From the NCBI RefSeq assembly GCF_009914755.1, contig NC_060947.1: DNA of 64,000 nucleotides; one strand, written 5' to 3'. The position numbers and the translations under genes are program-made. Numbering within the stretch: position 1 is the stretch's first letter; the number at the start of each line of letters is the position of its first letter. Source of the stretch: the human T2T-CHM13v2.0 reference genome, Homo sapiens. This document shows positions 28,946 through 41,561 of the stretch, one piece after another. The notes beneath the pieces were generated by a model. The model ran no database searches, had not been told where the DNA came from, and saw only the letters and a program-made list of their open reading frames with translations.

Positions 28946-31675
28946 ATACATGTTATTTATTCATTAATATCCTTTGGTTGCAAAGGGTGTAAACCAGCTG
29001 AAGCTAGCTTAAACACAAGAGCAATGTGACTGGATCTTAGGAGTGGACTGGGTTTTGGAAATGGGAAGTTGTCAGCAACCTAAGGTGATTTTCTTTCTAT
29101 GTCTTATATATGCTTCCCTTGGCATATCTGCTTATTTCTTCTCTCTTAGCAAATTATATTACCTAGTGAGCAAGAGATAGCTCCCTCATCTCTCGAGTTT
29201 ATAAGTTACAGTTCAGTCACATGAACAGGTACTGGTTCTGTTTGTTCCAATTCCCAAATCACAAGGAAGTGGACACTCACCGATTGACCAGGCTTGAGCC
29301 AGCTACTTATACCTAGATAAACCAGCTCTGATCAGGAAGCTAGGGTCATGTAATATAAGCTATTGGAACACCTTTGCTAATCAAAGAGGAGTTATAAGGT
29401 GGTCACTATGTACAGAGCAGATATTTCCAAATGTGTCCCCTGTACGAAATATTATTTTGGCCCTACCCACTTTGTAGTAACTTCTTGTGTTCTCTTGGAA
29501 GTTTCACTGCCCGTAGCCCTGGCCTACTTGATATGCTTGCCAGGCTACGTCCTGCTATTTTGAGAATATGTAGGGTTGACTGTGCTCCCAGTGGCCTAGT
29601 CCTTTCCTGTAGTGAATCTATTCCTACTACTGTATAAAGCAATTTGAGGCCAAAATTGCCATAATAGCCTTCTCCAATTTTCTTTTTGCACTTTGAAGTC
29701 CAAAGGGCTTCCTTCAGTGGCTTAAATTTATCTTATTAATCATCATAATGATCTAAAGGCCAGTGAGTGAGGCCTGGTGAGTGCATTCTCAAAGGGTAAC
29801 AGGCATGGATGGAAAAGAGGGAAGTCATGGGGAGAGCAGCTGATACCAATGTGCCCAGGCCTAGAGAATTAGCAAGAGTTGCATTTATAAATGTAATGCC
29901 TGGGCTTTAGAACTACACATAGTGACAGTGATTAACTAACTGTGTTTCCCGTTTGTGGGTCCCCTTACTCCCAGGAACTTTCCAAGGTTTATGCTTCCCT
30001 GCTAAGGCTTTGGATACTTCTTGTATCAATGATTTTTTTTCAGTGACTTTAAAGTTCCCTTCCTGACACTCCTTACTGAAGTAGCAGTTGATATTTGAAG
30101 TTTTGCTCTCAGCAAAGTTTCCTTAGAGCTGTTGTCAGAGGTTGGCTTCCAGAGATTGCTAACCTTAGACAATGTTGAGAGAGAAGCTTCTTCTACCCTC
30201 CAAAATGCCAAAGTAAGCTGATCTGGCTGAAACTATCCACTTTCAAGATCTTGGGATAGATTTTTTCCAAAGGAATCCAATCTCCCTGCTCAAGTCTTGC
30301 TGCCTCCTCTGGAATCTGCTTTGCTTTTTATAAATAGAATAGAATTGTTCTGACTTCCTCAAGCTAAGAGTTGCTTATTTCCAGAGTGAGAGTCTACATT
30401 TTTCAAAGTGAAATGGGAAGAACCCAGAGCCAAAATGAAGCAACTTCCTAGGAAGAGTAATTTCACTTGGAGCATTTGGAATCTAGGCAAACATTGTTTT
30501 CTTTCCCTTTCCTCTTTGATAAAGTCAGTTCAAGTTCCAATAAAATGAATATGGGTTTCTTACTTTGGATCCCCTGTCTCCTTTATCCAATTCTTTAGTT
30601 GGCAGGTGAAGGCAGTATTTATCACAAATAGCAATAATAATTAACATTTATTGAGCAATTACTAAGTGCAAGACACTATTCTAAATTCTCGACAAGACCT
30701 ACATACTAAAATGGTCATGATGGTGTGTTAAAGTTATCCCGTTTTAATTCAAAATAAAGTCAGGAAATATCATCCTTATAAACTGTGTGGGTTTAAATAG
30801 AGAGTGACCTTGGGAATCTTAAATTTGTATTTCACACCCTGTCATCTACTCACTCTTCTGCTAGCAGGAAACAGTACACTCATATAGTGGAAAAAGTACT
30901 CAAGCAAAAGAGCTTTTTCTTGAGTATTCAAGGGTCAGAAGAGGGCTGGCTTCTGAGTGCCCAGAACTGTGTTAGCCCTGTATAAAGATTATTTTGTTGA
31001 CTCTTCAGTACAATTCTATGAAATATTATTGCTCCGCCACCTTTTCTTTTAACAAATGAAGAAATATAGAATTAGAGAAGTTAACTAAATAACTTGCTTT
31101 CAGTCACACAGCTAGCATTTGTCGTCTGGGATCTCAACACAAAATTAACACCAGAGCCCTTGCCTTTAAGTACTAGATCATGCTGCTTTTAAACACATAA
31201 ATTAGGAAGGGGACAGTCTCAAATGTCGCAACTCTCTTTTATAAGTATTCTTGTATTATTTAGTAATTCAACTTCTCACTATCTTTCCTTGAATGGAAAT
31301 AAGATTAGAGAGATAACAGGAGCCCCAGAAAGTAAGTAGATAAAGGAAGTTGTTTCTACCTCTGGGTTCCCATAGCACTAGACTCAGCAGTCTAAGGATA
31401 TCTTAATCATGATTGTCCCCAGTGCCTAGAACATAGAAGGAACCCAGTGAATACTTGTTGAGGGAATAAGTCAATCAATGAGTTTGGGGAAATTATCTAC
31501 CTATCTTGAGACTTTCTGGCAGATTATACATCATTTTTCATGTTCCTGGTCAACTATATGTAGATCATGCATATAGGTACCCAGACAGAGATATACATGC
31601 TCATTCAGAAATTGCCATCCAATCCTGATACATGCAAACTCATAAAGATATATCTCCACACAAATGAATACTTGG

Positions 31676-32431
31676 CATATTTGTTTTCTGATGCTGTAAA
31701 ATGTACCACAAAATGGGTGCCTTAAAACAGCAGAAATTTATTCTCTCACAGTTCTTGAGGCTAGAAATCTGAAATAAAAAATAAAAGTATTGGCAAGGCC
31801 ATGCTCCATCGAAAACCTCTAGAAAGAATCCTTCCTGGTCTCTTTCAGCTTCTGGTAAGTCCAGATATTCCTTGGCTTGTGGCAGTATAACTCTAATTTC
31901 TGTCTCTCTCTTCACATGGCTATGTCTGTGTGTATATGAGCGTGTCCGTGTGTGTGTGTGTGTGTGTGTCTTCACTTGTCACTTTCCTCTTCTTTATAAG
32001 GACACCAGTCATAATGAATTAGGGCCACCTTAATGATTTCATCTTGATTACATTTGCAAAGACTTTATTTTCAAATAATGTCACATTCACAAGTACTGAT
32101 GGCTAGGACTTCAACATATCATTTTAAAGGTCACATTACCACCCAAAATGGTCTTCCTTTGGCCCTCCAAAATTTATGCCCTTCCCATGGGCAAAACACA
32201 TTCACTCTATCACAACATCTCCAAAAGTTCTAACCCATTCCGGCATCAATTCTAAGTCTTAAAAATCTCACCTAAATTTAATCAACTCAAAGAGTCCCAA
32301 AACTCATCTTCTACTTCATCTGCGTAAGGAAGGATGAGACTCAGGGTGTGGTCCATCCTGGGGCAAAATTTCTCTCTTCTGTGGACCTGTGAAACCTAGA
32401 AAAAAAGTTAGCTGCTCCCAAAATACAATGG
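31676..32431 (-). mobile_element. MLT1 LTR (~31676-32128, contains (TG)n) plus adjacent MLT1 internal sequence; interrupted by L1
   Basis: taccacaaaatgggtgccttaaaacagcagaaatttattctctcacagttct...taaggacaccagtcat...ggacttcaacatatc; internal part cattccggcatcaattctaagtc...caaaatacaatgg. Confidence 0.8.
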
Positions 32432-32443
32432 AGTTTTCAGATT

Positions 32444-35400
32444 AAGAGGGTGGATAGAAGGCATGACTAGCTTGCAGCTCCTGGTCAGACTGATAGAGCA
32501 GTGTGTGGAGACTCACTTCGTGAACTTTTGCTCCCAAGAACTACCACAGGAACACACCAGGAAAGCCAAGAAAATCCAGAGATCCTTTGAAGGAACTGGA
32601 TTACCGCTGCAAACTCCTGAGACACTGAAAAACTGTGAGCCTGCTTGCTCTCTCAACAGGGAGGTTCGTGGTCTGGGGCGAGTTCTCAGCCCTGGTCACC
32701 GGCTGCCTCGAAATAGACTCAGTGATGTTGGCGGGGGCATGGGGGAAGTGAAACCCGCTTTTAGGATTGCAGGCTGTGTGAGAGCTGGGTGAGGCCTGTG
32801 ACTGCCAGGTGTCCCGCACTTCCCTGGCTACCTGTATGACTCAGCAGAAGCAGCCATAATCCCCCTGGGAATATAACACCATTAGACAGGGAACCACACC
32901 CCAGCCCCTACAGCAGCCACAGCAAGCCCGGCCCAAGGATAGGCTGAGCTCAGACATGCCTATCTCTGCCCCCACCTGGTGGTCTTTCTCTACCTGCTAG
33001 CTGAAGGCAAAGGTCATAATATTTTGGGAGCTCTGTGGCCCTGCCTGCTGCCTGAGAAACCTGAATACTTAACCAGGTGTCTCTAGGGCAAGTTTGCCTC
33101 CTCCCTATAGGACTGCAGCTATTGCACTCTTGAAAGCACCACTTCCTGGCTGGAGGCCAACCAACACAAAACCAGTCCACTAAACAAAAACACAACCAAG
33201 GACCTGCACCAAGTCCACTTCACTTCCCTGCTACCTCCACCAGAGCAGATGCTGGTATCCACGGCTACAAGACCTGAAGATGAATCATATCACAGGAGTC
33301 TTTGCAGAAACTCCCCAGTACCAGCTCAGAGCATGGTAGCTCCCCCGGGTGGCTAGACCTAGAAGAGCAAAAACAATTACTACAGTTCCTCTGTACTGTA
33401 GGAAGCCCCATTCCTAGGGGAAGGGGGAAAACACCACATCAAGGGAGCACCCCGTGGGACAAAATAATCTGATCAACAGCCCTTGAATTCCAGATCTTCC
33501 CTCTGACATGGTCTACCCAAATGAGAAGGATACAAAAAAAACAATTCTGGTAATATGACAAAACAAGGATCTTTAACATACCCAAAATATCCTGCCAGCT
33601 CACCAGCAATGGATCCAAACCATGACGAAATCTTTGAACTGCGAGAAAAAGAATTCAGAATGTCTGTCATTAAGCTAATCAAGGAGGCAATAGAAAAAGG
33701 TGAAGTCCAACTTAAGTAAATCAAAAACATGATACAGGATAGGAAAGGAAAATTCTTCAGTGAAATACATAGCATAAATAAAAAACAATCACAGCTTCTG
33801 GAAATCAAGGACACACTTAGAGAAATGCAAAATGCAGTGGAAAATCTCAGCAATAAAATCAAACAAGCAGAAGAAAGAACTTCAGAGCTCGAAGACAAGA
33901 CTTTTGAATTAACCCAGTCCATCAAAGACAAAGAAAAAAGAATTTTAAAAAATGAACAAAGCCTCCAAGAAGTTTGGGACTATGTTAAATATCCAAACCT
34001 AAGAATAATTGGTGTTCCTGATGATGAAGAGAAATATAAAAGTTTGAAAAACATATTTGAGGGAATAATCAAAGAAAACTTACTCGGCCATGCTAGACAT
34101 CTAAACTTAAAAGTAAAACCCCAAACTATAAAATTCCTAGTAGAAGAGAATCAAGGCAATACCGTTCAGAACATAGACACAGGCAACCATTTCATGATGA
34201 AGCCGCCAAAAGCAATTGCAACAAAAGCAAAAATTGAGAAATGGGATCTAATTAAAGAGCTTCTGCACAGAAAAAGTAACTATAATCAGAATGAACAGAC
34301 AACCTACAGAACTGGAGAAAATACTTTCAAACTATGCATCTGACAAAGGTCTAATATTCAGCATATACAAGGAACTTAAATTTATAAGAAAAAATCCCAT
34401 TAATTCATCTTGAGTCAATTTTTGTATCAGGTGTAAGGAAGGGGTCCAGTTTTAATTTTCTGCATGTGGCTAGCCAGTTTTCCCAGCATCATTAATTTAA
34501 TAGGGAATCCTTTCCCAGTTGCTTGTTTTTGCCAGGTTTGTCGAAGATAAGATGGTTGTAGATGTGTGACCTTATTTCTGAGATCTCTATTATGTTCCAT
34601 TGATCTATGTATCTGTTTTTGTATGGGTACCATGCTGTTTTGGTTACTATCGGCTGTAGTATTGTTTGCAGTCAGGTAGCATGATGCCTCCAGCTTTGTT
34701 CTAAAACCCAAAATTATAAAAACTCTAGAAGAAAATCTAGGCAATACCATTCAGGGCATAGGCATAGGCAAAGATTTCATGACAAAAACATCAAAAGCAA
34801 TTGCTACGAAAGCAAAAATTGACAAATGGGATCTAATTAAACTAAAGAGCTTCTGTACAGCAAAAGAAACTCTCATCAGAGTGAAGAGACAACCTACAGA
34901 ATAGGAGAAAATTTTTGCAATCTATCCTTCAGACAAGGTTCTAATATCCAGAATCTATAAGGAATTTAAACAAATGTACAAGAATAAAAAAACCCCATTA
35001 TAAAGTGGGTAAAGGACATGAATAGACACTTCTTAAAAGAAGACATTTATGTGGCCAACATACATATCAAAAACAAACTCAACATCATTCATCATTGGAG
35101 AAATACAAATCAAAATCACAATGAGATAACATCTCATGCCAGTCAGAATGATGATTATTAAAAAGTCAAGAAACAACAGATGCTGGCAAAGCTGTGGAGA
35201 AATAGGAATGCTTTTACACTGTTGGTGGGAATGTAAATTAGTTCAACCATTGTGGAAGACAGTGTGGCAATTCCTCAAAGACCTAGCAGCAGAAATACCA
35301 TTTGACTCAGCAATCCCATTACTGGGTATATACCCAAAGAAATATAAATCATTGTATTGTAAAAATACATGCATACGTATGTTCATTGCAGCACTATTCA

Positions 35401-36730
35401 CAATAGCAAAGACATGGAATCAACCGAAATATCCATCAGTGATAGACTGGATAAAGAAATATGCTACATTACACAATGGAATACTATGCAGCCATAAAAA
35501 GGAATGAGATCTTGTCCTTTGTAGGACATGGATGGAGCTGGAAGCCATTATCCTCAGCAAACTAACACAGGAACGGAAAACCAAACACTGCGTGTTCTCA
35601 CTTATAATGGGAGGTGAACAATGAAAATGCATGGATACAGGGAGGGGAACAACACACGCTGGGACCTGTCAGGGGGACAGCAGGGGGAGGGAGAGCATCA
35701 AGATAAATAGCTAATGCATGTGGGGCTTAATACCTATGTGATGGGTTGATAGGTGCAGCAAACCACTATGGAACACTTTTACCTATGTAACAAACCTGCA
35801 CGTCCTGCACACATATCCTGGAACTTAAAATAAAATCGAAAGAAAGAAAAAATCCCATTAAAAAATGGGCAAAGGCCATGAATAGACACTTCTCAAAAGA
35901 GGATATACATGTGGCCAACAAACATATGAAAAAAAGCTCAATATCACTCTGATCATTAGAGAAATGGAAATCGAAACCACAGTGAGATACCATCTCACAC
36001 CAGTCAGGATGCCTATTATTAAAAAGTCCAGAAACAACAGATGCTGGTGAGATTTTAGAGAAAATGAAACTCTTTTGCACTGTTGGTGGGAGTGGAAATT
36101 AGTTCAACCATTGTGGAAGACAGTGTGGCGATTCCTCAAAGATGTAGAGGCAGAAATACTATTTGACTTAGCAATCCCATTACTGAGTATATACCCAGAG
36201 AAATAGAAATCATTATTTTATAAAGATATATGTATGCATATGTTCATTGCAGCACTATTCACAATAGCAAAGACATGGAATCAACCCAAATGCCCATCAA
36301 TGATAGACTGGATAAAGAAAATGTGGTACATATACACCATGGAATACTATGCAGCTATAAAAAGAGATAAGATCACGTCCTTTGCAGGGACATGGATGGA
36401 GTTGGAAGCCATTATCCTCAGCGAGTTAACACAGAAAAAGAAAATCAAATACCACATGTTATCACTTATAAGTGGGAGCTGAATGATGAAAACACCTGGA
36501 CACATGGGTGGGGGGTGGGGAATAACACACACTAAGGGCTGTCAGAAGGTGAGGGGTGGGAGGAGGGAGACCATCCAGAAGAATATTGAATGAATCCTGG
36601 GCTTAATACCTAGGTGATAGGATGGTCTGTGCAGCAAGCCATCATGGCACACATTTACCTACGTAAGAAGCCTGCATGTCCTGCACATGTACCTCTGAAC
36701 TTAAAATAAATGTTGGAAATTAAAAAAAAA
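32444..36730 (+). mobile_element. Older primate L1 (L1PA13-16-like) with 5'UTR, partial ORF1, ~3.4 kb internal deletion and 3' end; hosts a nested L1
   Basis: 5'UTR gactagcttgcagctcc...gtgaacttttgctcc; ORF1 peptide ([21 protein letters not shown]); jump to the ORF2 3' part at ~34104; resumes at 35844 and ends ctgaacttaaaataaa plus A-tail. Confidence 0.9.
34404..35843 (+). mobile_element. Nested 5'-inverted (twin-primed) truncated L1
   Basis: 18-bp TSD aagaaaaaatcccattaa at 34386-34403 and 35844-35861; 34404-34700 is antisense ORF2 and 34701-35843 is the sense ORF2 end plus 3'UTR. Confidence 0.9.
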
Positions 36731-36740
36731 ACTAACTAAA

Positions 36741-36903
36741 GGAAACAAGAAATTATTCTTCCTGCGTTTTTCTCATCTCTGTCTTTTTCAGCCCAGACTG
36801 GCAGTGTTTCTGTTGGTATAAAATTCTCATAAACCTCATTCACAGTTACCGAGGGTTAATACTTCAACATATCTTTTGGTGGGTCACAATTTAACCCATA
36901 ACA
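36741..36903 (-). mobile_element. Remaining MLT1 internal fragment and partial second LTR
   Basis: cccagactggcagtgtttctg...; ends acttcaacatatcttttggtgggtcacaatttaacccataaca. Confidence 0.65.
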
Positions 36904-36913
36904 CTTAAAGATC

Positions 36914-36916
<3 letters not shown>

Positions 36917-36950
<34 letters not shown>

Positions 36951-36995
36951 CTGTATATACACATATATATTTGTGTGTATGTATATATATATATC
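36917..36995. repeat. (TG)n / (TA)n compound microsatellite
   Basis: Direct reading. Confidence 0.9.
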
Positions 36996-37079
36996 TGTAC
37001 ATCATAGAACATTCATGTATAGTGTGTAAATGGGTTTGGATTCAGCAAATACTTATGGTCTCATCTAAAAGCCCTTCTT

Positions 37080-37810
<731 letters not shown>

Positions 37811-38021
37811 AGAGGAAGAGGGCTTTTATAGAGCATCTACTTAATGCCAGACACTTTATTATTACTTCATTTGATACTCAAATACCTGGGGATTTTGTAA
37901 CACAAACAGGAAGAATCGGGTGAAAGCACATGTGAAAATCAGTGTCAGCAAATTTCCTAGTGGAACAAAGTGACTGAAGTCTCTCCTATTATTATGTGGA
38001 GGATTGGTGGTTTCGTGGTGG

Positions 38022-38392
<371 letters not shown>

Positions 38393-39009
38393 TAGCAACT
38401 TTTGTACTCCAAGTGTTCTACCGTAAATAAACTATGGTCCCTGCCATCAAGGAGCTAACAGTTTAGTTCGGAAAGGAGGTAACATTTCACTTGTTTTTGA
38501 AAGAAGCCTATGTATTAACCAGACAAAAGGGTAAGGGGGCAATACATGTAAGGGTGCAAATGCATGAAAGGCCATGGATTTCTGTCACTACACACGCATG
38601 CACACACACACACACGCACACACACACTACATATTATACTGTCTTAACTAGTAGCAGCAGCAACAATACCATCTGTTGCATTTACTACATGCCAGGCACC
38701 ATGCCAAGCACTAGGGTAAGGGATGAATATGGCTTGATCTGTGCTGTAAACATATTTATGATCCAATTCGGTGGGTGAGGCCCATAAAGAAATAGGTATA
38801 CAAGGCAATGAAGAATGCCCAACATGAAGGGAAGATACCTGGTGCTCCAGGAATCCAGATTTAAAACCAATTAGAGTGGACAAGATGGTTGGAAAAGACC
38901 TCAAGGAGGTGGAAAGGCTTGAGCTACATTTTTGAAGATGAAATTTTATCAAGGGCAGAAAGGAGAGATTGGCAATTTTTGTGGGGACAAGGGATGGTCC
39001 AAAGTCAGC

Positions 39010-39300
39010 CTGCTAGACTATAAGTTCCATGAAGACAGGAAATATGTCTGCCTTTTAAAAACATTTTTAAATTCTTGTGGGTACATAGTAGGTGTGTATA
39101 TTTATGGGGTACATGAGATATTTTGGTACAGACATGCAATACGTAATAATCACATCATGGAAAATTGGGTATTCATCCTATCAAGCATTATCCTTTGTGT
39201 TATAAACAGTCCAATTATACTCCTTTAGTTATTTTAGCACCATATTCTTGGTGCCTAGTACATGGTCTGACACTTAGTAGAAAGTTGATAATATTTGTGG
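39010..39300. mobile_element. L2 3' end (+) interrupted by an L1MA 3' fragment (-, ~39063-39235)
   Basis: ctagactataagttccatgaagacagg...gtgcctagtacat (L2); ttgtgggtacatagtaggtgtgtatatttatggggtacatgagatatttt (L1MA). Confidence 0.75.
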
Positions 39301-39520
39301 TCATGATGTGTAACCTCTGAGTAGACAAGTTTGGATGAAGCACAGATTCTGCTGTGTGAGTAGTTAGAGATAAGGATAAGCTGTAAAAAGTATTTTGCAT
39401 ACCTGTGACACTGATGCCCTTTAGGATGCCCCCTATTCAAATCCTATGATTCTGAGGAAACTTTAGAGGAAAGCCGTAGGCACTAGGGAGCTGAGCCAAG
39501 ATTGTCCTTGTAAATCTATA

Positions 39521-39560
39521 ACATCTCCCTGTCTTTCCATACATCTCCCTGTCTTTCCAT
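39521..39560. repeat. Perfect 20-bp tandem duplication
   Basis: acatctccctgtctttccat x2. Confidence 0.95.
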
Positions 39561-39588
39561 GCTTCCTATCTGTGTATTTACAGATAGG

Positions 39589-39980
39589 AATTGGGCTGCT
39601 TAATTATAAAGTACTCTCCATGTTTCTAAAATTGCAAAAATGCTTTATTTATTCAGAGTCAATTTTTAGTAGACTTCCTGATTACACTAGTCTGTGTATT
39701 TACTCACGCACTCAATTTCCCACTTGCCATTCATTCTCTTACATATTTACTTTCGTATTTGTTGGGAATATGATAATTTACTTTGCATATGGGGGCTAAC
39801 ACTTGGGATCAGGCCCTAGGGTATTTTAAAACTAAAATATACTGTATGATACCTTTAAAAAATATCCTTAGCCTGCTGTTAATGTAGTCAGGAAGTCTAC
39901 TAAAACTTGACTCTGAATAAATACAGCATTTTTGCAATTTTAGGAACATGGAGTGTACTTTATAATTAAGCAGCCCAATT
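39589..39980. repeat. Inverted repeat with 101-bp arms (39589-39689, 39880-39980) and 190-bp spacer
   Basis: Manual alignment gives 95/101 identity with no gaps. Confidence 0.95.
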
Positions 39981-40351
39981 TTTTTTTGTAACTCAAGGGC
40001 TAAAGAGACTAGATATTTAATTAATCAAATTTGAATTATAGTTCAGTTGAAGCTTCCAAAGCCAGATCACATGCTCAGATATACCGATAGACAACCCTAA
40101 AAAAAAAGTGAGTTGTAGGAAGTGGAATAAAATTTCCTACAGAGAAAGGAGGTCTGTAGAAGTGCCAGTGCAAAATTATGAATAAACTGAAGTACAAAGC
40201 AGACAGTAGGACAAATAGAATGAAAGTACAAATTATGGAGTCTAACCAACACTCCCTGAATATAAAAGTGATCAGAAAGAGGTTTTAGAATCCAGTGGAA
40301 ATATTTTCTTGGGTTAGAAAACAATTATACCTATACTCTTATGTGATAACT

Positions 40352-40505
40352 GTAGATTTCTCAGTTTTGGCATTATTGATGTTTTAAGCAAGATAATTTT
40401 TTCCTCTGGAGGGCTATCTTGTCCATTGTAAGATGTTTAGCAGTATCCCTGGCCTCTACCCACTATATGCCAGTAGCAACTCCTCCGTTGTGACAATGAA
40501 AAATC
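40352..40505. mobile_element. MER20-type (hAT-Charlie) fragment
   Basis: cattgtaagatgtttagcagtatccctggcctctacccacta...ttgtgacaatgaaaaat. Confidence 0.8.
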
Positions 40506-40539
40506 CAAATCTCTCTGTCCTCTCTTTCTCTTCTATCAT

Positions 40540-41547
40540 GCATAGTGCTGCGATGAGTGTCTTGTATGTGTTTCTTTCTCCTTATGCACATATGTGAGAG
40601 TTTTTCTAGGGCAGAAATCTAGAAGCAGACTTGAGACATGGTATATACATATTTTCAACTTTACCAGGGTTGGCTCTTTAGTGTAGATGTTACAATTTGG
40701 GGTTCAACCCCCCATTCCTCACCTCAGCCATCAGCATCGTAGTTGCTGTTTCCCTGTATCTACTGTTATTTGGAATTATCAGATGTCAGACCTATTAATT
40801 TTCCAGTCTAGGGATTATAAAATGGTAATGCATAGCTTTAATTCATATTTCCTTTCTAAAAGATTGTGGATCATTTCAAAGGTTGATTGGTCATTCAGAT
40901 TTTCTTTTCTTTGAAAGATCTGTTCATTCATTTGCCTTTTTATAGTTATTTTTGTTTTTTATCTTATTGATTTGGAATTTTTAATATATTTTGTATACTA
41001 TTTGTTGATTATGTGTGTTGTAAATATTTTCCCCAGCCTGTGGATTGTCTATACTAAGAAAAGTTGCAGAGGATACAACAGAGTTTCTATATATATCTTT
41101 CACCCAGTTTTCCTAACTATGATACATTTGTCAAAACTAAACAGTGAACATTGATATGATACAATACTGCTAACTGAACTACATATTTTGAGTTTTCTCA
41201 ATATTTTCATTAATGCCTTTTTTACTCTTTTGGAATCCAATACAGAATACAGACTGTATTTAGTCTTCATGTCTCCTTAGTCTCCTCTGCTCTGTGACAG
41301 TTTTGCGATCTTTTATGACCTCGACATTTTTGAATGTTAGTGCTCTGATATTTTGAAGAATGTAAATTGACTGAGTCTGATTATAGTTAGACTGACATTA
41401 TGGATTTTGGGTGAGAATACCACAGAGGTGAGGTGTCCTTCTCATCATGTCATATTAGGGGGTACATGATATTTACATGACTTTTTACTGGAGATGTTAA
41501 CATTGACCATTTGGTTAAGATTGTCTAGATTGTCTGCTGAGTTTCCC
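40540..41547 (-). mobile_element. Old L1ME/L1MC fragments (L1MC part resumes at ~46114)
   Basis: aagaaaagttgcagaggatacaacagagtttc...gaataccacagaggtgaggtgtccttctcatca. Confidence 0.65.
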
Positions 41548-41561
41548 CACTTTCCCTTTTC

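Noticed and set aside
39589-39980. Inverted repeat as a known MITE or CRISPR-like structure
   Set aside because: No TSD flanks the pair of arms, there is no TIR motif I recognise, and there is no repeat-spacer periodicity; the duplication brackets only the left arm.
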